This document shows, piece after piece, positions 23,517 through 34,636 of a stretch of DNA of 53,535 nt; the first letter of the stretch is position 1; each line of letters begins with the position of its first letter. The DNA lies in assembly GCA_030295235.1 (NCBI GenBank), contig AP026134.1, positions 1,302,001 through 1,355,535 on the forward strand, read 5' to 3'. The position numbers and the translations under genes were made by a program. A model generated the notes under the pieces. The model was not told the DNA's origin and made no database searches. It saw only the letters and a program-made list of their open reading frames with translations. Origin of the DNA: Fistulifera solaris (lineage: Eukaryota).

Positions 23517-25170
23517 ATGCGTGTTAGTTCACTAAGGTTTGTACTGACAGTGTTGTTAGCTCTTCCTTTTACAGGTTACGCTTGGATTTTACAAAGAACG
23601 ACCCCACGACAACGCGTTCTTTTTAACGGATCGACCATACAAAGATCCAGCAATCCTCGTCTTTCCGGCGAACTACTTCCTCAGGGAATTGTTGATTCAT
23701 CAACTGTGTATCGGGGTGGCCTCATTGAAAAGCCGCAATGGAACGGTGCTCCTGCTGAGGGATTTCGCGAAGCTCCGTCGATCCAAAACATGTATTATTC
23801 TCTTTCTACTCTTCCAGAAAAAGAGACAGAGGACGAACGCGATACAGTAGAGGCCAACAGACTTTCTGTGTCGAAAGAAAACAATATTCTTGACGATGGA
23901 AACGAGGTTCTTTCGGATACCAGCAAGCTAGATCACACTGATTCACTGTCGGAGAAAACAATCGAAGCTGCTTTGAGAGATCATTCTTTTGCAACAGAAA
24001 CAACAAATGATCAAAGCCTTAGCGATTCAGATGTTTTTCTCATCAAAGACGAAGATGACAGCCTTGAAAACAAGTTTGATGGCCATCAAGGTAATGAAGC
24101 TATTTTGACGGAAGAAAGTACGGAAAAGGATGAATTTTTTATGAAGATTCTCTGAAATTTATGAAAGCTTCATTCGAAGACACTGAGGGTGATTTATCAG
24201 CTATAGAGGACAGGCAAGATCATTTCGTTGCAAGAACGGAGGAAATGGAAGAAACAGAAGAGGATAGAGGGAATGACGAAAGTTTTTCAACGCCTGACGA
24301 AAGCGAAGCAATTGATGCAAGATTGGAAGACGGCGCTCTGCAGCTCTTATCTTTACAAGCTATGGCGGACAACGAGCTTGATGATGAGCTACCTACAAGC
24401 ATCGAAGAAGAAAATGCGATAACATCGGCTGAAAGTGATTTGTTGACAGAAGTCGAAGATGTAGATGGCACATTCCAGGAAGAAATAGTCGAAGATCTTG
24501 GAGCAGCACCGACGGAGGACGCAAAGAGCATGTGACCCTTAACGGCTCACATGACGCTATCGTAGAGAGCTCGACCAATGAATTGACACAGCCGGAGCTA
24601 AGTGCAGAACCGATGATTTTGGGGAATCATGTGTTTGAGCAGAGAGAACCGGCGCTTGACCAAAACGAGCAACCCGATGAAGAAACAACAACACTTAGTT
24701 TGAATGTTGATGTCCATCATGAAAGCGATCTGACATCTAGCAAATTCTTTGGTGAAAAGCAACAAAGAGCCGAATCTCGCCCAATTAGTGGCGCGTCAGC
24801 AATGTCGATTATTGAATCATCTACGATCATGCAATCCCTAGATTTCTGTCAAAGACCACTCAAGAGAATACCACTGTTCCAAAAGTTGAATGTTGACGCT
24901 GATAAGGAGTCAGCCTTTTTACGTGTCGTTCGGAGATATACCGAGGCGGACAAGCGCCGACGAAAACTAATCGAAGAACGACGAATGGCTGAGTCTATCA
25001 ACGGGCTGGAGGATGTAGACGCATTGGATGACTTGTTTAAGAAACTGACTTCGGTGGGTATTATTCCAAGGGTAAAAATGTATGGAAAACGTGTCACATT
25101 GGATGATGGGACCACGGCTATGGGGAAGAGACGCAAACTATGCATCGAACTAGAATGGGAAATGGATTGA
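23517..25170 (+). CDS. Orphan acidic putative plastid-targeted protein (YA|W); frameshifts at ~24135 and ~24530
   Basis: MRVSSLRFVLTVLLALPFTGYA|WILQR; three consecutive D/E-rich ORFs; the first break is in the T6 run 24135-24140; N- and C-terminal motifs are shared with the next gene. Confidence 0.65.
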
Positions 25171-25668
25171 ACATGGACGCTTTTGCTTCAAAACCCGCTC
25201 TTGTCTCATGTCACATATAGATGTAGCTAAACTACGTATAGTTGCTTGTAATTTATTGCTGAGACCTAATTGAAACTAGGCTGGCTGAGGAGATGCGATT
25301 TTTTTATGATAGTGTGACGGGCCGCCTCAAACGTTTGCGGCGTCGCACGTCGCACCGCAGTTAACACATTGAAGTTCAAATCCGCTATTGCAGACGTCAT
25401 TTTGGCTATGAATCTTTGTGTAGAAGACTGTCTTGCGACTGGTGCATTTCCGTTGACAACAGGATCTGGATTTTGATTGGATCGTGTCGTCGTTCGCACG
25501 GAGCATGGAGATATCATTCGAGAGGAGTTGACGACGTTTGCGACATCAACACAAAAAAAAAGCATCTTGAAAGATTTGGCGAGTGTTTTGTTTCATAATT
25601 GCTTCGTTTCGATTGCTTTCTGCGTCATTTGGATAAAGCATTCTTTTGTTTTCATTGAAGGCTTTAAA

Positions 25669-28366
25669 ATGAGCGTAATGTTTCTCCTGGTTTTGTTGAG
25701 TTGCTTCGCGGAGACACAAGGCGCCTGGGTCAGCAACAGTCCCTTTGTGTTGACAACAACTCAATCTGTACGATGCGCCTCTCAAGCATCTAATTACAAT
25801 GATCCTTACGCTCTTTCGGGTCAGATCTTACCTCAGGGTATCTTAGGAATGTTCCGTGAGCCATCAACGAACAAAATGCCGTGGAAAGGATCCGGTGCTG
25901 TAGGCTTTCAAGAACCAAACGCAATTCGAGAGATGTCTATTCTCGATAGATCTTCGCCATCTCAAGCGAAGGCTGAGACGACAAAGACCCAACAATTAAA
26001 ACTCTCTCAGGCATCGGAGCCTGGTCCGAAGAGGAGCGAACTAGTTCCTTTTGTTCAGAGACCGGATCCTAATTTCATGTCGCCGGATGTCATTGCATCT
26101 GTCAGGATCAACCAGCAGCAGTATCAGCTTCCTCAATCGATGAATGCGGTGTCTACCAAATCGTCGAGCCGAAAAGCGCGTGACGCTGCTATATTGCGAT
26201 TCGAATCGAGTTCTTGGGCTGCAGCAAATCTCAAATCAGAAAAGGCATCTGCGGATGTTCTCACTCGAGTCAATATCGGTATAGGTGCTCCTATTGCGGG
26301 CACGTCATCGGCCCGTGTCGAAAGTGCTACGAAAGGAACGCAAGAATGGACTATGGAAAAACGATCAAGCCGTCCAAAGATTCCGCGGATGTGCTGGTCA
26401 AAGTGCAGATTCATGATGACATGGTGAATGCACCCGTATCACAGCGTGTCCACGCTACTACTGCTACAAAACCAGATCAACCCGATGTAGTGGATAAGGT
26501 GAATATTAACGAAGGAAAAATAGCCAATAACTCGGGTGCTACGGCCAAACCAACCAAGGCATCCGCAGATGTGCAAACGCCTGTCAAAATTCATGAGGAT
26601 GTCAAGTTGAAGGAAGTTGCTGAGCCGACTGAAGAATCAGCCGATCTACAGTCGAAGGGAGCTACACCATCGTCAACACTACAAATCAATGGTGACAAAC
26701 AGGATATCGTCAAACCGTTCGATAAGAGTAACTCTCAGCCACCCATCGAGCCTATTCTCGTCGATAAGCTGCCGGAAAGTAATTACAAGAACGACTTGGA
26801 TGATATTATTACTGTTGATTCACAAGTAGACAGTTTTGTTACAAACACTCCGTCCACTACGCAGGAGGCAGCAGCAAAAGATTCATCGGATTTGAAAACA
26901 CCGGCCGAAAAGCAGGAAGCTACCTCTGTGCCGGTTGTACAGACACCAGAGGAGTCCAAAGAGTTGTTGAGCTCCGTTCAAATCACCAAGGATGCCAAGC
27001 CAGCTCGAAATCCGAAACCAGGCAAAAATCTGCAGATGTTCTTACATCTGTCAAGATTCATGAATCTGCCGATGTTTTGACGCCAGTTAAAATTCACGCT
27101 GAAAAGAAGCCGGTACAGGTTGCAACACCACTGAAAGACTCAGCTGATGTCCTAACTCCAGTTAAAATCCATTCAGACACGAAGCCGACTTCAACATTTG
27201 CCAAACCATCTAAGGAGTCTGCTGATGTTCTCACGCCGGTCAAAATTCACGACGATAAGCCACCTGCACAAACCGTTACTCCGGTGAAGAAGTCTGCCGA
27301 TGTTTTAACTTCGATTAAGATTCATTCAGAGAAAACACCGTCTCAAACGGCCAAACCCAGCAAGGCCTCTGCTGATGTTCAAACGCCTGTTAAAATTCAC
27401 GAAGATATGAAGCCGGTCCCAAGAGGAACGCCATTGAAGGACTCCGCTGATGTTCTAACTCCTGTAAAAATTCACGCAGAAGAGAAACCTGTCCGAGCAG
27501 CTGCGCCGGTAAAGAAATCAGCCGATGTACAAGCGTCTGTCAAGATTCACGCAGAAGACAAGCCGAGACAGCCTATTACACCATTGAAAGACTCCACCGA
27601 TATCCAAACGCCAGTCAAAATTCACGCAGAAGAGGAACCTCGACAGCCGTTTACACCACTGAAAGACTCCGCGGATGTTCTCACGCCCGTGAAAATTCAT
27701 GCAGACGAGAAAGCTAGACAATCTCCTACACCACTGAAAGACTCCGCCGATGTCCAAACGCCAATAAAAATTCATGCAGAGGAGAAACCTAGACAGCCTC
27801 TGACACCACTGAAAGACTCTGCCGATGTCCAAACGTCTGTCAAGATTCACGCAGCAGAGAAGCCGAGACAATCTCCTACACCATTGAAGGATTCCGCCGA
27901 TGTTCTTACGCCTGTTAAGATTCATGCTGAGACGGTATCGAAACCACTTGCTAAACCTTCCAAGGATTCGGCCGATGTTCAGACACCGGTAAAAATTCAT
28001 AGTGAGGACCATTCAGCGAGACGAGAAAGTCCGGCTGATTTGCAAACCGCGGCAACAGTGTCAACCAAATCGTCTGTAAAGCCGAAAGCGAATAACACAA
28101 TTGGCATCAAAAGTACGGCTCCTGTCACACCCGCTACGCAAGCATCATCGAGTAAATCCACAAAAATGGATGGTACTCTAGGAGGCATTCAGAGCGATTC
28201 TGTCACGGATTTGTTCGCGAGTCGCGTGATTGCAGATGTCATAACGAATGTTAAAATGTACGGAGACCGGATACCAGCGGCTAGCGCATCCGAGCCAAAG
28301 TCGCCGAGCGGTCTGAAATGGAAATCCGATTTTGATCCAAATCGATGGGCCCCGCTTAGTTATTAG
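25669..28366 (+). CDS. Orphan putative plastid-targeted repeat protein (GA|W) with 25-aa SADVxTPVKIH repeats; frameshifts at ~26350 and ~27010
   Basis: MSVMFLLVLLSCFAETQGA|WVSN from ATG 25669. The same SADV motif occurs in all three overlapping ORFs, supporting one gene. Confidence 0.72.
27030..28005 (+). repeat. Coding ~75-bp tandem repeat, 13-14 units (KDSADVLTPVKIHAEEKPRQPxTPL)
   Basis: 13 KIH units in ORF 27077-28366 plus one just upstream; gaaagactcc at 27661 and 27736 gives the 75-bp period. Confidence 0.92.
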
Positions 28367-28603
28367 GCTGACATAGTGCTGCTCCAAATATTGCTATACT
28401 AAAGGAGAGGAACTTAATGAATCATTCTGTTCTAGTTTCAGACTGAGGAATTCGTTAAATTTGGTATAATTAACCAACTATAATACTCCGTAGATCTTAC
28501 GCTCTTGACTGAAATGCAGTCGTGGCGTTTCGTATCATCGCGTTGTTCTTCATTCCGCATGCACCAGTTTATTGCTTCTCTTACTCCTTTTATTATCACT
28601 AAA

Positions 28604-29671
28604 ATGCCACGTAAAGTAATTCTAAAGAACTCAAGAGGAGTTCATGTTAATATTCTGTCGTTGGGGGCGACAATACAATCGTGGACGTTCAATGGCTTCG
28701 ACATTGTGTTAGGTTACGATACAGAGGAGGAATATCGCGAAGGAGATTTGTATTTTGGAGCAGTTGTAGGACGTGTAGCCAATCGCATCGCCAATGGGAA
28801 GTTTTGCCTAAATGATCAAGACTATCAACTAATTTGCAATAACGGATCTCATCATCTTCACGGAGGACCGAAAGGCTTTCACAAAGTTATGTGGGAGGTC
28901 GAGGAAGCGGACGCCTTGTCGGTTCGTTTCTCGTACGAAAGTCAAGATGGGGAAGAAGGCTATCCAGCTCACTTGATCGTTTATGTAAAGTACTCTTTGC
29001 ATCCCCACCAAAATGAGTTAACTGTGGAGTACGAAGCAAGAGTGCTAGACAACGACAAATCGACGCACATCAACCTAAGTCAGCACTCTTACTTCAATTT
29101 ATCGTCCGATCCTACTGTGGAAAACCATCTTATCACCATTCATGCCGATTCATTTACTCCTACTGACGCAACTTCGATTCCCACCGGAGAGATTCGTTCT
29201 GTGCTGGGCACTTCCATGGATTTTCGCAGCCCTCGTCTCATTCGAGACGCTTTGGAGCAGAGCCATAACTATGAACAGGTACAGTGGGCTGGTGGCTTCG
29301 ATCACAACTTTTGTTGCAACAAGGCAGCGAATGCGTTCGCTCCAGTTGCCAAAGTTACGTCCGGTCTCCGTACACTTGAAGTTTGGACGACCGAGCCCGG
29401 GGTGCAGTTTTATGCAGGCAATTATTTGCACGGCAAGGGCAAAGGCGGTAGGAAATATGAAAAGCGAGCGGGGCTGTGTTTGGAAACGCAGCATTTTCCA
29501 GATTCACCCAATCAACCCGATTTTCCCTCAACACGTCTGAATCCTCGGGAGACATTTTATAGCAAAACGATGTATCGATGGTTGGACAACAACGACTCAG
29601 AAGATGACCTAGCTTTTGTGTCGCATGCCAGAGACCTTGATGACTTCATCGATTCGGAGAATGCCGGATAA
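28604..29671 (+). CDS. GALM: Aldose 1-epimerase (galactose mutarotase)
   Basis: YFGAVVGRVANRIANG, HLHGG, GEEGYP, NLSQHSYFNL, GFDHNF, CLETQHFPDSPN. Confidence 0.95.
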   Translation: MPRKVILKNSRGVHVNILSLGATIQSWTFNGFDIVLGYDTEEEYREGDLYFGAVVGRVANRIANGKFCLNDQDYQLICNNGSHHLHGGPKGFHKVMWEVEEADALSVRFSYESQDGEEGYPAHLIVYVKYSLHPHQNELTVEYEARVLDNDKSTHINLSQHSYFNLSSDPTVENHLITIHADSFTPTDATSIPTGEIRSVLGTSMDFRSPRLIRDALEQSHNYEQVQWAGGFDHNFCCNKAANAFAPVAKVTSGLRTLEVWTTEPGVQFYAGNYLHGKGKGGRKYEKRAGLCLETQHFPDSPNQPDFPSTRLNPRETFYSKTMYRWLDNNDSEDDLAFVSHARDLDDFIDSENAG

Positions 29672-30222
29672 ACCTTCGTAAATCGTCCACAAATTGTTGA
29701 CGAATGATTTTCCTTGCTTTGGCTCCGTGCGAGATCATGTAGGCGCGTGACTTGTACACTGCATAGCGCAGAGCCAATTGAGCCAGTGCCATTTTCATTC
29801 TTCCGTACTTTCCGGATAGCAGATCCCGGTATTCTTGCATTACAACACGAAAGTAGCCTCGACAGAACTTTACGAACAAATCATATTGCGGGTCTGAGCG
29901 AACATAATGGATCCATTTGCTACCTATTTTACCGAATTGCACCATGAGAACCATCGACACGCCGTTCAGTATCCAGAATTGCCGAAGAATTGCTGAGAGG
30001 AGAATAACCGCGTAAACAGATAATGCACTAGAGCTTGACCAAAAGTGGTAATCATCGTCGGCTGTCCGCATTCTTATGTTGCCCGTGCACTGGTGATGCT
30101 GTAACTTCATACTTACGCGCGCCAGATGTTTCTACAGTTTGGAAAGAAAGAGGGCAAAAATATTCCTCTTGCGGAAAGAATGGTTGGTATTTCATCAGAA
30201 AATTGTCGTTCGTTTGGTGCAT
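29646..30222 (-). CDS. Small membrane protein of unknown function, paralog of 32566-33087; 2 exons (30222-30117, 30061-29646)
   Basis: The GTAAGT...CAG intron 30116-30062 keeps frame; two hydrophobic segments; RQFW and SDPQY motifs shared with the paralog. Start could be 30222 or 30195. Confidence 0.6.
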
Positions 30223-30535
30223 GAGTCCATCAGAAGAACGAACAAAGATAATAAACTGTGCTTGAATTTGAAACTCGAAGACTTTCGAAAGCGTCGCTAG
30301 AGGATGTTCGAAGAAGAATGTGAAATACAAGTACATGGGTTGTCAGGCATACATAGTAGTCAAGAAAAGAAACTGTGCTGAAGAAACTAATGGCAATGGC
30401 AACCAAAAGAAGAGCCCAGCAATGAATATAATCCAATGAGATAATGTAGGTCTGGTACAGCTAGAAAAAATTTACACTGGTTTGAACTTAGCTACCAGTT
30501 ACCACAAGCGGTTGAACGCCCACATCAATGTTCGT

Positions 30536-31819
30536 CTAAATATTTTTCGTCTGTAGCAGAAGCCCAGTGGTTCTCCTGGCTCGAAAGAAGCGAGCAATTC
30601 GACGAAACGGTAGCAATTTTCTTGAAAAGTAAACGGCATCGACTGCATCATCTCGCATAGCATTCCAAACTTGGTCGGGCGTCCATGTCGGATTGGCTTG
30701 CAAGTAGAGAGCAGCTGTCCCAGCCACGGCGGGAGCTGCCATACTAGTACCACCTAAAATGGCATAAGCGTCGTCGTCAAACCAGTAAGCAGAGTAGACG
30801 TCAACACCTGGCGCGAAAATATCTACGCATGAGCCGTGGTTGGAAAAAACAGCAACCGCATCAAATATATCACTAGCACCCACGGTGATGGCACTCGGCA
30901 CATAAGAGGGAGACGCATTACAGGCTTGCGTTGCTTCGTTGCCAGCAGCTACCACCACAACAATACCCGCCGCCACAGCGTCATCGATAACCTCTTCGAA
31001 TTCCGTAAATCGTCCTGGTCCACCCAGTGACATGTTGATGACTTTAAGCGAGCCAGGGCTGTCGGCAATAACAAACTCTATCGCGTTGATGATAGTAGAG
31101 AATTCGGCACTGCCGTCGAAACCGAAAACCTTGACGGTCACCAAGTTGACATTCTTAGCAACGCCCACGGTCAAGCCTCCCACTGTGCCGGCAACATGGG
31201 TGCCGTGGCCGTTTGAGTCTCCACAATCTTCACCTATGACGAAGTTTTGTCCACAAGTGACTCGACCCACTAGCTCTTGGTGAGTCGAACGAATGCCGGT
31301 ATCAAGGATGTAAACCTTGACTCCTGTTCCGTCATAATCGTATTCGTAGGTGCCATCGAGTGGGAGAGAGGTCTGATCGATTCGGTCGAGTCCCCAGATT
31401 GGTTCCGTTTGCACTGTGTCGATCGTGATAATGAAATCCTGCGAAATTGGTGTGTGTAAGCAACATTCTGGGTGACGAAGATGTCGCATTTTACACGTTC
31501 ATGTCGTCGGGCACTTACTTGAATGACTTTTTTGACACCCTTGTCCTCCGTCAATACTTCCACCTGTTCCTCACTGATTCCTGCAACAGCGATCGCTCTC
31601 TGAAGTTCGCGAACAACACGGAAGGAGTCGGAAGAAGCCACTGTCGATTCGGATGAGAAGAAGAGACGTTCATTCGTTGCGATCCGATCGGCATCTTCAT
31701 TGTAGTAAACGATGTATTGACCTGGAATCATTTGGGGTTCTTTCTTCGCAGCATGGCCTTCACGAAATGATGATACCACGAAGAAACAGAGAAAAAAGGC
31801 TATGAAGAGATCCGACCAT
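30536..31819 (-). CDS. Secreted subtilisin (S8, proteinase K-like) with I9-type propeptide; intron 31518-31439
   Basis: WGLDRIDQ, ILDTG (Asp), HGTHVAG (His), AAGN, GTSMA (Ser); IPGQYIV propeptide. ATG 31819 needs a small indel to join the signal peptide frame. Confidence 0.9.
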
Positions 31820-32565
31820 GATGATGAAGTACTCCTTTATACTTTGAAGAAAAAACAGTTACTTTTTCCTTTTGCTCGTCGTGGTTTCGTCGAAAATTAT
31901 TATACTTTTGAGAAGTTGAAACTCCGTGAAAGTCTTTTCGAGCCGTCGAAGTCCGAACTCCGAGATCCGAGGTCCCCGAAGCCAAAAGCCAAAACGCCCA
32001 ATGTGGACATTTTACACTTTCGCTGATTGTCACTTGTTTAAGCAAACGACAAACATCAAAATAGTTAGCACATAAAAGCAGTACACTAGTTTCGTGGTAG
32101 ATACAACTATGTACGTAGGAACAACCACGAAACATGACTTCATGACCGGAATGAAGAACTACTCATCATCATCCGAGGCAAGATGTGCAAACTGCAAAGA
32201 TGCAAGGTGCGAATTGCGAGTGTTGTGCGGGTTATTTATTTGTGGGGAGATGTAAGTTTAAGGTTATAGTTCGTGACTCAGAAATTCCCGCGATCTGAGA
32301 CACGCGACCTGGACACGTGTTGCAACGATGATTATTGTGTCTGTACCAGTACAGTGTACATTGTACTTTTCGAGCTAAGGTACTTGTAAAAATGATCTCA
32401 ACGGACCGACCAGTTTCTGGTTCTCGAAGATCGCAGAAACAATCGACCGCTGTTGTTCTTGTTGTTGACGGCAAACCATAATATAATACGCCATACGACT
32501 CCTTCATTCCTGCAACTTTCGTAACAATCAATCGTGTTGCTTATAATACTTTCCTTGCAAACATA

Positions 32566-33087
32566 ATGCTTGCCGATTCTCCTCTTGTTCAATGCAACAA
32601 CGACCTTCGTTTCTGGACGAGTCGAATTGCCTTATGCATATATAGCAATATACTTCTCGCCTTGTTCTTTCGTCAGTTTTGGGTTCTTTACGGCGTAGCT
32701 TTCATTCTTACAACGCAAATCGCTATGGTGCTGGGGAAATGGGTAGCTTTCGTTGAATCAGATCCCCAATATAGTGAATTCCAAAAATTCATGCATCAAA
32801 ATTTCCGGGTCGTGTTAGATGAATACGATAATCTAACGAACGGACGCTACGGTTGCGCCAAGCTTGCGGCTGGACGCCTTGCGGCGGAAGTCGGCCTAAA
32901 ACTCATGATGGAAAAGCTTGTGCGAGCGCAAGGAAATTTTCGATCGATGCGAAACGCACTGGAAAATCAGTTGAACGAACATCGAAATTCGTTGTCAAGG
33001 TATCAGGCATCGCAGCGTCGGTTGTCGTTTGCTACGGACGACTCTTCTTCCTCGTCATCTTTGTCGTTCCGGGAAACAGAGGCTTGA
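32566..33087 (+). CDS. Small membrane protein of unknown function, paralog of 29646-30222
   Basis: DLRFWTS..RQFWVLYGV..KWVAFVESDPQY..GRYG aligns by eye with DYHFWSS..RQFWILNGV..KWIHYVRSDPQY..GKYG. Confidence 0.65.
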   Translation: MLADSPLVQCNNDLRFWTSRIALCIYSNILLALFFRQFWVLYGVAFILTTQIAMVLGKWVAFVESDPQYSEFQKFMHQNFRVVLDEYDNLTNGRYGCAKLAAGRLAAEVGLKLMMEKLVRAQGNFRSMRNALENQLNEHRNSLSRYQASQRRLSFATDDSSSSSSLSFRETEA

Positions 33088-33378
33088 AAGACATTATTCT
33101 GTTTAAATGCAGCCGTAAAGTGGGGCGACAATTCAATGGCAAGTCGACCTGGAGACTTTCCAGAAAGTAGGAGCAGTCTCAACATTACTTCACTTTAGTT
33201 GAAACGATGATGGTTTTGCATTGGGCTACAGGTTTGAGTCCATTGATTGACGATGAAGTGCACCGTAGTTCGAATCATATTTGTTTGCAGGATAACGCTC
33301 GCCACGATGGCTTCTAATTTTTTTGTGAGTTTGCTTGAAGAAATTACTTGATTCTTTCATCAGACTATTATTTAATCT

Positions 33379-34636
33379 CTATCGTGAAGACATGCGATCC
33401 CTCCAAACGGATGCCTTTCGTACTCGTCCTGCCAATTTGAATAAACTGTTTTTCCATTCAGGGGTGGCTTGTTCATCTTCATCCGTGATACGCATAAGCA
33501 AAGATCCCTGCGAAAACGACTGCATAGCCTTCTCGTCATCTTCGACAGGGCCATGTGTTGACCAGAATCCGGGAATTCGCTGCGAAAGACTCATTAAAGC
33601 GGAGGGAATCTTCGCCGTGGGCCTTCCTTTTAATTGCAATGTGCAATAGCGACCATACCACACCGGTCCTTCTCCGTAGCGTGTGTAGTCTACTGCAGAT
33701 GTCGTAGTTGACGATTGTCGCGCTATGATATATCGATACGTTTCTTGTGCCCCGAATCGTTTCTCTGTCACACTGTTTCCGCCGAATTGAATGAGTTGTC
33801 GTCTCGGTGTCGGCGTCGCGGATGTCGAAGAGGAAGATTGCTGATTGTTGAGCTGCCAAGGTGGTAGCATGGCCTCGTGTGGCTTCGAACGAGGACGCGC
33901 AAACGTCGTGATTCGCAAGTTGTTGTCCGTAGAATGATCTACAGTTGCAGCCGACCATAAGGATTGACCATCCGGCCACTGCGCATGAATATACCATTTC
34001 GATTCATCGTTTCCCGCAGGATCCGGAACGTAAGTCACGGCCATATCATAAGCAGTCGCCGCTTGATTGAGAGGAATGATGCGTTTCGGACTTGTTGGCC
34101 TCAACTTGAAAGACTGAAGCCATCCTTTTTCTTTCTCCAGATCACGATACGCAAATAATCGGCGAATTAAGACGGATTCTGCTTTCGTCGGCGTTGATAT
34201 CAAGGGCCTAGAAAGTCGGCGGATCATTTCTAAACCTTCTACAGCAGCAATCGGCTGTCCTGTCATCGGATCATACAATGTTCCTTCATAGACCCATACT
34301 CCGTGTTTGCCACCATTTTGATTGCATCGGGTTTCAAGAAAATCATTCAAATGACTATGACTTTTCCGGCTGTGCTCGGGAAGCGCAGAATATATCAGCT
34401 GAGAGTGATAGAATAATAAAGCGGCAAAAGAGCTATCCTTAGGCGATAGTTGATTGCTTTCATCGTGTAAAGAGAAGCTTTGTTGACGATACCATTCGTC
34501 TGATTCTTCACAAACCAAGATTTATCAGTACGATTGAAACTAAAACAGTCAACAACTGCAGGATTGATTTGAAATTGTGGTGACCGACGATCTTCAGCAA
34601 AAGGATGGCCACATCTTTCATCGTCGTCCAAGCCAT
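33379..34636 (-). CDS. Hypothetical protein, probably globular; N-terminus joined through a frameshift at ~34515
   Basis: 379-aa ORF with GVWVYEGTLYDPMTG..VEGLE and YTRYGEGPVWYG blocks. An upstream ATG at 34636 encodes a hydrophobic leader in another frame. Confidence 0.6.
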
